Shown here piece by piece: positions 18,281-38,720 of a DNA stretch of 64,000 nt. This DNA is from the human T2T-CHM13v2.0 reference genome, Homo sapiens. The stretch lies in the NCBI RefSeq assembly GCF_009914755.1, contig NC_060941.1; one strand, written 5' to 3'. The translations under genes were made by a program, and so were the position numbers. The stretch's first letter is position 1; every line of letters begins with the position of its first letter. Under the pieces are notes generated by a model that was not told where the DNA came from, searched no databases, and saw only the letters and a program-made list of their open reading frames with translations.

Positions 18281-20046
18281 TGAAGGGGTGATACTCTTAA
18301 CCTGGAAGTTGTATGTTATATGTGTGAGACAGAGGGAGTGGGGAGGGGCATTTTCCTGGGAAGAGGCTCCATAAGTTTCATACCTTATGTCATAGGGTAC
18401 CATGATGCCAGAAGTAATCTAGTACCACTGCCAAATGAGGCATGCTAAGCTCAGCCTCTAGCTGAGTGACTAAGAATGGGGCCTCCCCACCTCTCAGGTA
18501 AGCACGTGCGTTTCCCATGTGCCCAGTGGGTGTGAATATCAGTCCTTCCTTGACCCTGTGGTAATATGGTAAGTGTTACTACCTCTCCTTTATTCATGAA
18601 ATATTAAGCAAGCACAAATGGTGTGCCAGGGACTGCACTGGGCAGCAGGGAGGAACAAGACCTGTCTTGGCCCTCGAGGCACTCACTGCCATGTTGATAG
18701 ATGTGTAAAGAGATTAATTCCAGGCTTGTCAGTCAAGGTGTGCAGGCAGGTCGTTGGAGCCAGGGGCACGTTTGGTTCAGAGGGACTAGGAGCAGGACAG
18801 GGGATACCCTTTTCTTACCACCTCCATTGCCCCTGCTGCCCTGGAAAGCCTGGCCCTGGGGCAGCCTGTGGGGTCACCCGTGCTGCTCGGGGAGCTGTTT
18901 CCTGAGACTTCCCCTGATCTTGACATTCAAGAAGCGAGCACGGGGCCGAGGCAGGTGCGCCATCAGATAACCTGGGACCACTCAGGTTTCTCCCAGCTGC
19001 CAGGGCTCGTGCCACTTGAGACATCCGGGCGCTCCCTGCCAGGACACCTCATAAGGCCCGTGCAGAGGAGCTGGGTAGGAGCCAGGGCCAAGTCGGGGTG
19101 GCACAGATCACCTTCTGTGACTCAGTCTGGTCTTTCCTTCACCAGATGAATCAGAAGCTCCCGGAGGTGGAGCCCCAGAATCTAGTTTTTCAATGCTCAT
19201 ACATGGCCCTAATGATCATTCCCTTTTGGGAACCTCTGATTACAATCATTTCTTGCCTTCCATGCCAGGAGGCTGGGGGCAGGAGGAAAGGGAGACATGG
19301 CTATTTCCAGTTTCCTGTGACAAAGTGGGAAGGGGGGCCTTCATTTCACATCCCAGCCCTTCCATGACTCATCCATCAGGGGGCTTCTCCTCCTCCATAG
19401 TGGGACCTGGCTTGTCATCTTTTCACCTGCTCTACATGGATGCAAGTAAAAGGGGTGAACAACCCCCTTTGGTGATGAAGTTGGGGACATATAGTACATG
19501 TGGGTATGTGGTTACAGCTTGAAGCACCAAACCCTCTGTGTGCAGGCAGAGCACTGATCATTTGAAAGCCCTCCAACTGAGCCACCCCTCCCTGCTGCCG
19601 AATTGTGTGAGGTCAACAGGACAGCTCTTTTCATTTCCATCTTACAGATAGGGACATTCATGGAGGCCCTCTAACTCGACTCAAGTCCTATAAGCAGTAA
19701 GCAGAAGGCCCGGTATAACACTTCTGGGCATCCAGAACTTTGTGTCCCATCGTTGTTTTCTCCTTGCTGTAGGTCCAGGTCAAGTGGTCTTCCTCTTAAA
19801 TTAGGCAAAGTCCAGACCTCTCAAATTTAGGGACAGGGAGGGTGAGGGTCTCACTGTGTCCCCCAGGCTGGAGTACAATGTTACAATCACAACTCACCGC
19901 AGCCTCAAACTCCTAGGCTCAAGTGATCCTCCCACATCAGCTCGCCAGCCCCTTGTAGCTGGCATCATGCCTGTGAGACCGCTCACTTCTCCTCTCACAT
20001 CCTTCTGCAAAGAAAAGAACTTTAAATAATAGAATGAAATCACTTG

Positions 20047-20400
20047 TGTGGTAGATTGTATCATGTCCAAAATGTTTGCTACCCCTCCTTGGCATGAGCC
20101 TCACCTGAGGGCCTGGGGAGGATTATATACCCCTACCTTGTTGAACCTGGAAGGGCCACGAAACTTGCCTGGCACTGGTTGTAAGAGCCGGTGGGTGGTC
20201 CATCAGCTCTCTGTTGCAGTGACCTGCAATGTTCACATGGAGACTGTTTTGTCAGCCTAGGTCCCAGGGTGAAGAGGATGGTCAGAGCAGCCAGCCACAA
20301 TAGACATGAAGAGTAGAGAGAAATTAACCCCTGCCATTGTAGACCAGTAGACTTTCCAGTTGTTGCTGCACCATATTTGAGACTAAACTGTCTGATTCAG
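20047..20400 (+). mobile_element. MLT1-type MaLR LTR remnant
   Basis: Begins tgtggtagattg, typical of MLT1; degenerate 3' part. Confidence 0.5.
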
Positions 20401-20675
20401 TTTGTAATCCCACCATTCAAAGATTAGCCATTGTTAAGATTCTGGTGTGTATCTTAGCAGAAATTCTGATATGCAAATTAATGTATTTAGATACACAATC
20501 TTACAAAAATGGGATAATACACATCTTGCTTTGAAGCTTTATTGTCTTATCTAATATGTACTAAGTGTCTTTCCATGGTAAATTTATATCTAGATCCAAT
20601 TTTTCAGTGTTGGGATCACAGTATGGCTCCATAGTGTACTAATGCATGGTTATGCCAAAAAATGTTGTTTTCCCA

Positions 20676-22349
<1,674 letters not shown>

Positions 22350-23645
22350 CTAGGTAGAAGACTGAGCTGGAATTCAGTCTGATTTCCATGTCTTGTACAT
22401 TACCTCTGAGTTTCTCTTACTCAGCCGACCCCCTCCTGGGAGAATCCTAGGTCTCCCTTTTATCTTTCTCTCCCTGCTGTCCCTTCTCCCTGAGGGGATT
22501 TTTAAGGCCAATTTTAAAATTATTATTATGAAACAAATAACAAAATAGAAATATTGGACAGAATTCTAAATGAAAAAGAAAAAAGGATCACCCATAATCA
22601 GTGGTCCCAACAAAATACATTTTTTTATTTGCCTTATTTGCTTGTGTTCCCTTCCAGTCCTAGTCCAAATGCAAGCCATATTTTTACCCAGATGTGACCC
22701 TGGCCCAGATCTAATTTTGCATTCTGCCCCTTTCAATTCTCTTGTCATAAGCAGTTTTCCACATTGCTACATGGTCATCATCTTATTCTAATTGTTGCAC
22801 AACGTTCCAATGAGTGAATAATTTAATCATCATTACCCTAATGTAAGTCACTTACATGGTTGCTCAATTTTCCTATAATAAATACTGCTGTAGTGCCTGC
22901 TTTTGTGGATATGGCTTCTTCCTTCATTTGAATTATTTCCTCAGGTCAATTCTCAAGAGTGAGATAGGTCAAAAGGTATGAAGGCTTTAATGATTCTTGG
23001 CATGAGAACCGGAACATTGTTTTCCAAAGGGTTTTTCTTTCTTTCTTTTTTTTTATTTTCCTGCTCAAAAGTTAATACATGCTATCTTTCAACAATTTAG
23101 AAGAAAGCAAAAATTCTACTACCCAGAAATTACCACTACTAACATTTGGCCAACCATTCCTCCAGGCATCTCTGGATATACACATCTATCTATATGTATA
23201 ATCTGCATAGATATACATATAGACGTAGACATAAAAATAATTTTTCACAAAAGAGATCACATCCCCATGCCAGTTTTGCAACCTGCTTTTTTACTCAACA
23301 ACATGTCCTGGGTTTTTCTAATTGGTTCTGCCACCACCAGTGCCTAGGTGGTAGCAAAATGTAGTACAGCAGTAGCTGTAAGCCACACACTGTACCAAGA
23401 ATTTTATGTACATTAGCTAATTTAAGCTCTGCAATAACCAAATGAGATAAGTTCTATTATCATCATGCCCATTTTACAAATGAGGAAACAGGCTCAGAGA
23501 AATTGCACAGGGTCACAGAGCTAGGGAGTGGTGGGGCTAGCACTCCAAAACAGATGTTTATACAAGTAATACACGAACACATGTCTATTGTAAAAGATAA
23601 AAATAATAAATGCAAGCAAGAGCATAGCATAGAAACTAAAGTGTG

Positions 23646-23935
23646 GGCCGGGCGCAGTGGCTCATGCCTGTAATCCCAGCACTTCGGGAGGCCGAGGCGG
23701 GCGGATCACGAGGTCAGGAGATCGAGACCATCCTGGCTAACATGGTGAAACCCCGTCTCTACTAAAAATACAAAAAATTAGCCAGGCTTGGTGGCGGGCG
23801 CCTGTAGTCCCAGCTACTGGTGGGGGCTGAGGCAGGAGAATGGTATTAACCCAGGAGGCGGAGCTTGCAGTGAGCGGAGATGGCGCCACTGCACTCCAGC
23901 CTAGGTGACAGATCGAGACTCTGTCTCAAAAAAAA
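23646..23935 (+). mobile_element. AluY-like
   Basis: Diagnostic gagaccatcctggctaac and ggagcttgcagtgagc; exact 15-bp TSD agaaactaaagtgtg at 23631-23645 and 23936-23950. Confidence 0.92.
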
Positions 23936-23984
23936 AGAAACTAAAGTGTGAAAGTCCCATTTACACTTCCACAGAGGTTTGGTG

Positions 23985-24830
23985 TGTGTATCAGTTAAGT
24001 TTAGGTTCAATTGCATGTAACAGAAAACCAAAATAGCATAGGCTTAAACAAGATAGGATTTGTTTTCTTCACGTAAAAGAAGTCTGCACATAGCATTTCA
24101 GGGCTAGCATGGTGGGCCCATGCTCATTAGTCATGAAGAACCCATTTTCAGTTTATGGCTTCGTCCCTAAGGTCTCCACGTGGACTAATATTGTCCCTGG
24201 AGCTCCAGCCATCATGCCTGCATTCTAGGCAACAAGGAGAAGGCTGGAGGAGCAATGCCATGGTTTTTCCCAGATGAATCAGCCTCTCTCTAAAGAGCTT
24301 TCCCTAAAGTCCCCCACCCTATGATATAGCTTTATTTCTTTTCTAAAAATTTTTTTTTTATTTTTTTGAGATGGGGTCTCACTCTGTTGCCCAGGCTGGA
24401 GTGCAGTGGCACAATCTTGGTTCACTGCAGCCTCCACCTCCCGGTTCTAGTGATTCTCCTGCCTCAGCCTCCCAAGTAGCTGGGAATACAGACGTGCACC
24501 ACCACGCACAGCTAATTTCTGTATTTTTAGTAGAGACAGGGTTTCACCATGTTGGCCAGGCTGGTCTCGAACTCCTGACCTCAGGTGCTCCGCCCACCTC
24601 AGCCTCCCAAAGTGCTGGGATTACAGGCGTGAGCCACTGCACCCAGCCTGATATCAGTTTATTTCTAATTGGCCACCCCTATCCACAGGGAGACTGTGCA
24701 GTGTAGTTTTTAAACTGAGCATTTTGCAGCTTCTCCAACCCCAGCTCCCCCCATAATACAAGTGCTTGGTTAACTTTTTTTAAGGGGGAAAGAATGGATA
24801 TTAAAAGAAAATTAGACAATTCTGCCACCA
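23985..24830 (-). mobile_element. Old ERVL LTR (LTR33-like) interrupted by a reverse Alu (~24350-24648)
   Basis: tgtatcagtta...gtaacagaaaacc...ggcttaaacaaga text resembles the LTR33 end. Confidence 0.55.
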
Positions 24831-24877
24831 TGTATATCCTTCCCAATCCTTTCTTACAAATTTATATATGTATATAT

Positions 24878-25323
24878 TGTGAAAGTTGATTGTACAAATT
24901 GGGTCATTCTTGCCATACTCAACTAAATCAGAGTCAATGGGTTGGGGGAAAAAGCACTTGGGACACATAACTTCGCTCCAAGAAGTACATTTTCCACGAG
25001 CTTGGCTGCTGAAACTGCCTCTTGTAACCTGAAACTAGTTTTATCTGATGGCTACTGAAACAACCTGCTGCAACTCTAAGACTGGCTTTACCCACCACCT
25101 TCACTCACCAGTCAGCACTTGCCATCCCCAAAACCTTACTGGCACCAATGAGCTATCTTTCAAAACAATTCTCCATTTCATAAAACCCCCAAGCATCTCT
25201 TTGTTCGTTGGCTGTACTAAAGACCACCCAGTCTGTGTGTATGCCCCAAATTGCAATTGTTGCTTCTGAGATAAAATGTTAAATTTAGAGATTCATCTCT
25301 ACATTTTTATTTTGACTTTGACA
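24878..25323 (+). mobile_element. Intact solo ERV1 LTR (MER4 group, LTR56-like), ~446 bp
   Basis: TG...CA ends (tgtgaaagttgatt ... tttgactttgaca), 4-bp flanks atat/gtat, and internal TATA-like and poly(A)-like motifs. Confidence 0.7.
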
Positions 25324-25534
25324 GTATGTACATATATAATAACATAGTTTTAAATGGTACATTGTTTTAATTTACATTTTAAAGCCTTACTGACCAGATT
25401 AAACATTCTCCATTAAATATTTGTTTACTAATTATTGTGTTGTGTGCACAGTTAAGCTCTTTGCTTATTTAGCCAATTAAAACCTAGAAGATATCTTGAT
25501 CCAGTTGAATGGACTATCAAGGTAAAGAGATAGA

Positions 25535-25830
25535 GGCAGTCTCAGTGGCTCACACCTGTAATCCCAGCACTTTGGGAATCCAAGGTGGGTGGATCATGAG
25601 GTCAGGAGATCGAGACCATCCTGGCCAACATGGTGAAACCCTGTCTCTACTAAAAATACAAAAATTAGCTGGGTGTGGTGGTGTGTGCCTGCCTGTAATC
25701 CCAGCTACTCGGGAGGCTGAGGCAGGAGAATCGCATGAACCAGGGAGTCGCAGGTTGCCGAGATCATGCCACTGCACTCCAGCCTGGGCAACAGAGCAAG
25801 ACTCCATCTCAAAAAAAAAAAAAAAAAGAG
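25535..25830 (+). mobile_element. Alu
   Basis: Alu consensus with poly(A) tail. Confidence 0.88.
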
Positions 25831-26894
25831 AGAGAGAGATAACAAATAGATGAATAGACGATAGGTATATTAACTCTTTGTATTACTTGCTGCAAGTGCT
25901 TCTAATATGCTATCCTTTTTATTTTTCATGGATTTTAATTTTTTTGGAAGTGAGTTTTCCAGAAATTTCAACTACATTTATATATTTAAGTCCATCTTTT
26001 GCCTTGGGGCTTTTTGTTAGTCCCAGGCTCAGACGTTAGTCCCACCTCCAGAGATATGGTTGGTGTTGAAGTTGGCCTTCTCCTCCCAAGAGGGACAGTC
26101 TAATGTTGGTGGCTAGGCCCACCTGGGTTCTAATTTGAATCTTGACTGTCACTTCCTACTATACAACTAGGAAAAACACATCTGTCATCTAAGTTCTAGT
26201 TTTCTTGACTGTTGGTGAGGGAGTTGGATCAACCCCAGGTTCTTAAACTTGTCTGTGCATCAGAACCGTCAGACGCTCCAAATTGCACATTCCTGCCCCT
26301 CCACCTCCACACCTCAGCTCAGATCTACAGAACCCGAATCGCTGTATCCAGGAGTTTGTATTTTTTAAAATGCTCCCCTGAGCCTGACATTCAGACATGT
26401 TCCAGAATCGCCGCACCAGCCAGTGTCTGAGAGTGCCTCCTACACCAGGCTCTCTGTGCAGTGGGTGAGTGAGATGAGGGTGGTGGCCCTTGGCCACTGT
26501 GTCCCCCGAAGCCAGTTGGCCCTGCCTTGTCCTCTTGGGTCAGAGCTCCCATTTCACATCCAACCTGAGCTGCAGCCCATTCTCCCTGCTTTCTCAGGGC
26601 TGGGGCTGGGGCTGGGGGTGAAAGGGTGATCAGGATCCTGCAGTGTGAGTGGGGTTGTGGGGCTGCCACAGCAATGCCCCTAGGAGGGGCCAGTGTTCCC
26701 TACTGGCTGGCTTCCCTTAGTGAAGCCTCTCATCCTGTGAATCTCCACCTCTTCAGCTCTGACAGCAGGACTGAGACCATGCCTTCCTTGCAAGGCAGTC
26801 CTAAGGTCTGCGATGATGGGTGGATGGAAAAAGTCTCGAGCAGTTCCTGCCACAAAATGTGCATTTGACAAATGTGGTAGATGTTACTATTAGT

Positions 26895-27218
26895 GCTTTC
26901 TTTTTTTTTTTCTTTTTCTTTCTTTCCTTTTTTTTTTTTTTGAGACAGAGTCGTTCTGTCGCCGAAGCTGGAGTGTAGTGACACGATCTCAGCTCCACCT
27001 TCTGGGTTCAAGAGATTTTCCCGCCTCAGTCTCCCGAGTAGCTGGGACTACAAGTGCTCACCAGCATGCCTGGCTAATTTTTGTATTTTTGGTAGATGTG
27101 GGGTTTCACCATGTTGGCCAGGCTGGTCTTGAACTGTTGACCTCAAGCGGTCCACCCGTCTCGCCTGCCTCGGCCTCCTAAAGTGCAAGGATTGCAAGTG
27201 TGAGTCACCGCACCCAGC
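26895..27218 (-). mobile_element. Alu
   Basis: Reverse Alu flanked by actattagtg direct repeats. Confidence 0.88.
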
Positions 27219-27249
27219 CACTATTAGTGTTTTCATTGGAATTTACAGT

Positions 27250-29016
<1,767 letters not shown>

Positions 29017-29879
29017 ACGGTGCCCTGGGCATGCTGGCTCTAGAGAACACAGGTCTTGAACAGGAATTCCTGGTGCCTGACAAGACAGAGAGAGACCTGT
29101 CATTTCCCTGTGCTGCTGAAACTTCAGTAGACAGCCCTGACTCCTGGAAATTTTTCCCTCTGGCTCAGCATAGAATTTGTCACCTCCTGGGTGGCTGGGA
29201 GGCTGTGCACCATGAGGCCCACTGGCAGCCTCCAGGCAGTGGGCACCCACACTATGTGACTCCTCCTACCAGTGCTCCCTGCCTTCTCTCAGCAGGTCAG
29301 GCAGGAGCGGCTCCATTCCTCAAGTGGCTGACTAATCCGGGCAGGGACTGCCCCACCTGCCTCCCAGATCCCTGACACCCGGGACACCCCAGAGGTTGCC
29401 TTTCCTCTGCCCTCACTCTAGATTAGGCCTCTCTTGGAGCCCTCCCTGCAGGCAGGGCCTCAGCTTAGGGAGGCTGCTTTAGATCTTCGGGGAAGTTGCT
29501 GAGGAAATGTGCCCCTCCTCCCAGTCCCCACCAAGCATGGACCCTTCAGATTAATCTACTAACAATAATAAGATGAGCTGTAAAAACCATCAGGCTGGCA
29601 ATCCTCAGCTTGAGCGAAGTTCAAAGGTCACAGGACAATTTAAGGATCCTGCTCACACACCCTAGTTTGAGCACAGGAGCCCTGAATGGCTCCCACCTGG
29701 GTCCCCGGAGTGTGCATACTGTGTTCAGATTCCAGCTCTGCTGCCCATTCACTGCTTAATCCTGGGTGGGGCACTTAGCCCTGCTCTGCCTCAGTTTCCT
29801 CATCTGTAAAATGGGAATGCTAATGATATTCTCTACCTCACATGGTTGTAAATGTTCAGGAAGTTAGCACCCATAACTA

Positions 29880-31215
<1,336 letters not shown>

Positions 31216-31375
31216 AAGGAATTATTACACATAAAATGCTTAGAAGGCTATGCAGGCCATGATAAGCCTTCAGTTAGTTGCCATTTAGTTTATAAACTCC
31301 ACTGAATTTATGGGTTGGTCCAGATTTCCGAAGGAAAACATAAAAGGAACATCACCTTTAGAAATCGAATTCATG

Positions 31376-31738
<363 letters not shown>

Positions 31739-32518
31739 TCATACTCCATCTTGATTTGACATGCTTTATATATATACATATATAATATATATAAGCATTT
31801 ATTTGCATATTGTTTTTAAATTGTATTTTCATGATCACTTTTATCACTTTTGATATTTTTGAGGTGTGTCCAAGGCTTAAATCGCATTTGTTTTTGAAGT
31901 CTCAACTGGATTGAGTCTAGGACTGCCATGTAGCTCAGGGAATCCGCTTATGGTCAGGCCTGTGAAACAGCAGGATGCTCTTTGACTTTGGGCTGAAAGC
32001 CTGAGACGGAGGCTTAGCTCCATTGCTTACAAGCTATGTGACCTGGGACAAGACTAAGGTTGTCAGCTTTAGCAAACAAAAATACAGACACCCAGTTACA
32101 TTTGAATTTCAGATAAACAATGTATATTGTTTAATGATTTTGTTTAATGATATATTGTTTAACGATATATTAATGAAGAACAATGATATTAAACAATGAC
32201 CAGATAAACAATGAATATATTTTTTGTGTAAACATATCCCAAATATTATATGGGAAATACTTATACTAAAAAATTATTTTATATGAAATTAAAATTTAAT
32301 TTATCTGTGAGAGTTTTCAAGGGAATCATATTTAATTCTCACAACGCCCCCTGCTGCCCTTTCCCATTTTTGTCATGAAAGAGACTGACTCGGAGAGGTT
32401 AAGTGACTTAGCCCAAGGTCATCGAGCTAGAAAATTATTGAGCTGGGATTTGAACTTGGGTGCGTCAACTGTAGCATGCTCTGCTACTGGAACTCAAGAC
32501 AGATATGTAGCAACCTAC

Positions 32519-32819
32519 TTTTTTTTTTTTTTTTTTTGAGACAGAGTCTCACTCTGAGGCCAGGCTAGAGTGAGGGCAGTGGCACGATCTCGGCTTACTG
32601 CAACTTCTGCCGCCCAGGTTCAAGCGATTCTCCTGCCTCAGCCTCATGAGTAGCTAGGATTACAGGAGCCTGCCACTGCGCCTGGCTAATTTTTGTAGTT
32701 TTAGTAGAGACGGGGTTTCACTATTTGGCCAGGCTGGTCTTGAACACCTGACCTCGTGATCCACCCGCCTCAGCCTCCCAAAGTGCTGGGATTACAGGCG
32801 TGAGCCACCGCACCTGGCC
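32519..32819 (-). mobile_element. Alu
   Basis: Reverse Alu flanked by acctactt repeats. Confidence 0.9.
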
Positions 32820-32951
32820 TGGCAGTGACCTACTTAATGATAGCCTGGGAGCCATGAGCTAACTTGGTAAGAACAGAAGCTTTCATGGACTGAGACGGAC
32901 TTTTGAATAGGAGTTAGAGAATTCGATTTCAAAGTGTTTCTATGACCCTGT

Positions 32952-33398
32952 CTGTGTTAGTTTCCTGTTTCTGCCTTAACGAATGACCACATATTTAGTG
33001 GCTTAACACAAATTTATCTTGCAGCCTCTGGAGGTCAGAAGTCTGAAATGGTCCAGGTGTCTGCAGAGCTGTGTTCCTTGTGGAGGCTCTAGGAGAGAAT
33101 CTGCCTCTTGCCTTTTCCAGCTTCTTAAGGCTTGCGGCATGTCTTGGATCGGAGCCACACACTCTGACCTCCGCTTCCATTAGCACATTTCCCTCTCTGA
33201 CGCTGACCCTTCTGCCGCCCTCTTGTAACGACGCTTGTGATTACATGGGGCCCACCGGATAATCCCGGATCATCTCTGAATCTCAAGATCCTTAATCACA
33301 TCTGCAAAATCCTTTTTGCCTTGTAAGGTAACATATTTACAGCTTCCGGCGATTAGGAGGTGGACATCTGTGGTGGAGAGGTTATTCTGCCTATCACA
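32952..33398 (-). mobile_element. MLT1C-like MaLR LTR
   Basis: tgtgttagtttcctg...ggcttaa...ctggaggtcagaagtctgaaat...taatcacatctgcaaa...attctgcctatcaca. Confidence 0.75.
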
Positions 33399-34336
33399 CT
33401 AAGAGAGAAATGATCTAGTTGACTTGAGTGTCCCAGGCCTTAACTATAATCCCTTTCATCTGTATAGCTTTCACACACATTCTTTTTTCCACCTTGCATC
33501 CATCCTGGAAAGTAGATGAAGGCTGTGCTGAGCCCATTCTGTGAGGGAGGAAGATGAAACTCAGAGCGGAGGCCTCGTGCTGGGTGACACAGCTAAAAAG
33601 AGACTCAGGCCCAGGGCTTTTGATTCAGCATCTGCCCCCTCAGTTCCCAGCCATGCATCACTAGAACACTATTCTCACCGATGGAGAAGGACAATTCCTC
33701 AGCTACCCCCACAATTTAGGAAGAAGTCCCCAAGGTGAACCAGCTCCCTCAGCCCTGAATCTGCCCTCAGAAGGTGGCCTTCTGCCCAGAGCGAGGATGG
33801 AGGGGTGCAGGCAGAGAACCATTTTTTTGGTGGAGGTCCACGGGACAGAGCCCAGAACTCAATGTCCATCCATCTTGGGCGTGTCCTCCCCAGCAGCCCA
33901 GGCTGACTGGACCGGCGCAGGAACTCCTGCATGCTCAGAGGGAGCCCTGATTCTTAGAACTGTCTTCTCATAGCAGTCTTCTTAGGAGTATGTTGCTGTG
34001 GTTTGTGATTCTGCCCCTGGGTGCTGCTGCATGGGAGGAGCCAGCTCTCTCCCTGCCCCACAGATCATGGAAGGCAGCGACCATAGGCTCACTGATGCTC
34101 CTGCAGGCTCCCTACACCCATCCATTAGGATGGCCCACATGTGCCAGCCAGGAATGGGGGACACAGCCATGAAGCCGACAGATAGGCTCCTGCACCTCTG
34201 GAACTTGTGCTTTAGCGGGGCAGACAGATCCCACAGAAGTGTATGTGTAGGAGTTCTGAGGATGACAAAAAGGATGAGGCAATAGAAGGTGACTGTGACC
34301 TTGTGAGACAGGCACTGTCCCCAGTCTATCACTCTA

Positions 34337-34650
34337 TTTTTGTTTCTTTGGGTTTTTTTGAAGCAGGGTCTCGTTCTGTCACTCAGGCTGGAGTGCAGTG
34401 GTGCAATCATAGCTTACTGCAGCCTTGATCTCCTGGGCTCCAAGCAAGCCCCCTGCTTCAGCCTCCTGAGTAACTAGGACTCCAGACACACACAAACACC
34501 ACACCCGGCTAATTTTCAAAATGTTTATTTTTAGTACAGACGGGGTCTTACTATGTGGCCCAGGCTGGTGTCAAGCTCCTGGGCTCAAGTGATCCTTCTG
34601 CTTTGACCTTCCAAAGTGCTGGGATTGCATGTGTGAGCCACCATGCCTAG
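34337..34650 (-). mobile_element. AluJ-like
   Basis: Reverse Alu consensus. Confidence 0.85.
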
Positions 34651-35434
34651 TTCACTGTCCCCACTCTAAAGCAGACAGCCCAAGTGGGGGCAAAGTTGAG
34701 AAGCAAACACACACTGTACTCCAAAGCCTCTGAAAATCCCTCCTTGTGTCCTTCCTAAGAAGGTCCCAGAGTCTCTGTGTCATCCCTGAAGCTGAAGTCA
34801 GTCCATTCTGGGAGCAGAGTCCAGCTGTGTCCTGTGTTTGGGGCTAAGAAGAATGTGAGATTCCTGCTGAGTGTGAGCTGAGCAAGGTTGTAGTAAGGAG
34901 GGCAGTGATGTGATGCATTGTTTAAGGGGTGCAGCTGCCAGATGTGAGTGGGTGAGGGCAGATGTGAGGGGCATCAGCCAGCTATGTGTGGGGGTGGTCA
35001 GACCTGGTTGGGGAGGCACAATGGAAACAATAGGGGAGCAGGCCAGGTGGGTATGCGAAAGTGAGACAGAGTGGCAGGATGAACCGGGAGGGGGATCAGA
35101 TGTGAGGGGCTGGAGAATAGATGACCCCGAGCCTCAGTCTTTAGGAGGGTGGCTGTCCCTGGGAAATGGATGATGCGGTCTGTGGAGGAAATGCGCTTTC
35201 TATTTAGGGAGGCTGTTTAGGAGTAGCTGACGACATGCTCAGCACCTGGATGGGTGGAAATAAACAGAGACATGAAGCAATAATTTATGCCGTGTCCTCT
35301 GTCAACCTAGCCACCACCTCCTCCTCCCTGGGCTCCAGGAAGTTGCTCAGAGTTGTGGCGCTGGGAGGAGACTGCGGGAGCTATGCTGGTGAAGCGATGC
35401 TGTCATCTGAGCTTGTGCTTTACACACACTGGGC

Positions 35435-35899
<465 letters not shown>

Positions 35900-36069
35900 T
35901 AATGACTACCCCATGAGCTCACACATTAGAGTTGGAAATCTACTTTCAAATGACCCCACTTTGTGTCTAAAGCACTCTGACCTTCTTCTACCCCCACCCC
36001 AGTCGCACATCAGTGAGCTTCAGGGAATCTCTGGAATTGAATACAAAGTCATGTGCAAAATCAGATGTG

Positions 36070-36460
36070 CAAATGTATGGATAAACAAAATACAGTATAC
36101 CCATAAACGAAATATTATTCAGCCACGAAAAGGAATGGAGTCACTGATACGTGTTAAGTGAAAAAAAAAAAAACAGACAGAAAAGGCCAAATATTGTATG
36201 ATTCCATTGATATGAAGTATCAAGAATAGGCAAATCAGTAAAGACAGAAAGGAGCTTAGCGATTGTTAGGGGATGGGGGTCGGGGCTGGGGAATGACTGG
36301 TAGAGGGTTTCCTTTGGGGATGATGAAAACATTCTGGATGTAGGTAGTGTAGGTAGTGGTGATGGTGGCACTACATTGTGTGTGTACTAAATGTCACTCA
36401 GTTGAATATATTAAAATGGTGACTTTTATGTTATGTGTATTTTACAACAGTTTTAAAAAA
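36070..36460 (+). mobile_element. L1M 3'UTR fragment
   Basis: atggataaacaaaat...atattgtatgattccatt...ggtgacttttatgttatgtgtatttt. Confidence 0.75.
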
Positions 36461-37737
36461 AGTCAAATGCACGTTTCTCAGGAGAAGATTCCTAGGTTTG
36501 ATTGGCTTCTCAAAAGGTGAAGCAGCTCTGATCTGGTCTGGACCCCTTCATGTCATGATGCAGATGGTGATACTGGGACACAGACAGGGGGTGAGACCTG
36601 TCCAAGGTCACTCAGGGGCTGGTGGCAGAGCCCAGCCAGGTTGCATGCCTGCCTGACCACATACTCCCCTACCTGCTTCTTCCCTTGTCCTTTGGTCACC
36701 AAACCCTCCCGTCACAATCCCCAAGCCTCTGTCCTGCTCCCAAACATGCCACCCACAAGCTGTGTAACTTCCCAAAGTTAAAAGGCCTTCTTCCTGAAAC
36801 TGGGTGCACGGATTAGAGTTTCATGAGCGTTTGTCTTTTGCTCTAGAGTGGACTCTGAGCTCCTAGAGGGCAAGAGGAAATGTTTCTTATTTTCCTCCAT
36901 ATCTTACAGAGCTTCTGGGACAGCCACGGAGGTGAGCCATTCCTGTCTCCCTTCAAGAAAGAACTTGCCATTCACCCTCAAGGAGGGCAGTTAGCTGACA
37001 ACTTCTAACAAACATTCTTTGCCCAGAGGACATGCTGGGTTGGCCAAGACTTTGTTAGATCTGCAGCACAGTCTGAGGCTCTCCCAGCCCTTTCCTGCTT
37101 CCTCTCCCTCACCGGCCTTGCCACTACCCCCTCTCTCCGCAATAAACCTCTTGCGGTCCTATGTTCATCTCAGTGCTTGCTTCCTGGAGGACCCACATGG
37201 CACAGCACCTAGCCTGCTGGATCATAAGTGCTCAGTCGCGAAGTAAACGGAACTGGGGATTCTCTAGAGGGTAGAGGGAAGCCAGAGCCTGGGCCTCGGA
37301 GAGCAGGAGAGGGGCTGTCCGTGGAGGATGCCTCAGTCATAAGGAGAGCAAGGTCTAGAGCAGTGTGAAGAAGGGGCCATGGCCCTGGAGCAGGACCCAG
37401 CAACGGGCAACACACAGGGAACTCAGGGATTCACCAGCACTGCTGGCATCGTCTCTAGCTCCTCCGCTGTCTGGGGCAGCTCTTGCAAACTCAGAAATGT
37501 CCCAGGAGACAGGGTTCAAAGAGCCCTGGCCTTGGACTTTAGAAAACCAGGTTCAATTTGTGCTTCCCGCTAGTCAGGTGACATTACACCCTTCTCTCTG
37601 GAGCTCAGTTTCTCCGTTTGTAAAATGGGCTTATAATGTGTCCCCTCCCTTCAACCCCAGCATGATTTTGAGAATTGACTGAGAAGATACTACAGTTTAT
37701 GGAGGGCACCCTGTTTCGTAGTTTAAATGCACACTCA

Positions 37738-38720
<983 letters not shown>

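Noticed and set aside
34850-35110. G-rich stretch with recurring gatgtgag
   Set aside because: Too short and irregular to distinguish from low-complexity background.
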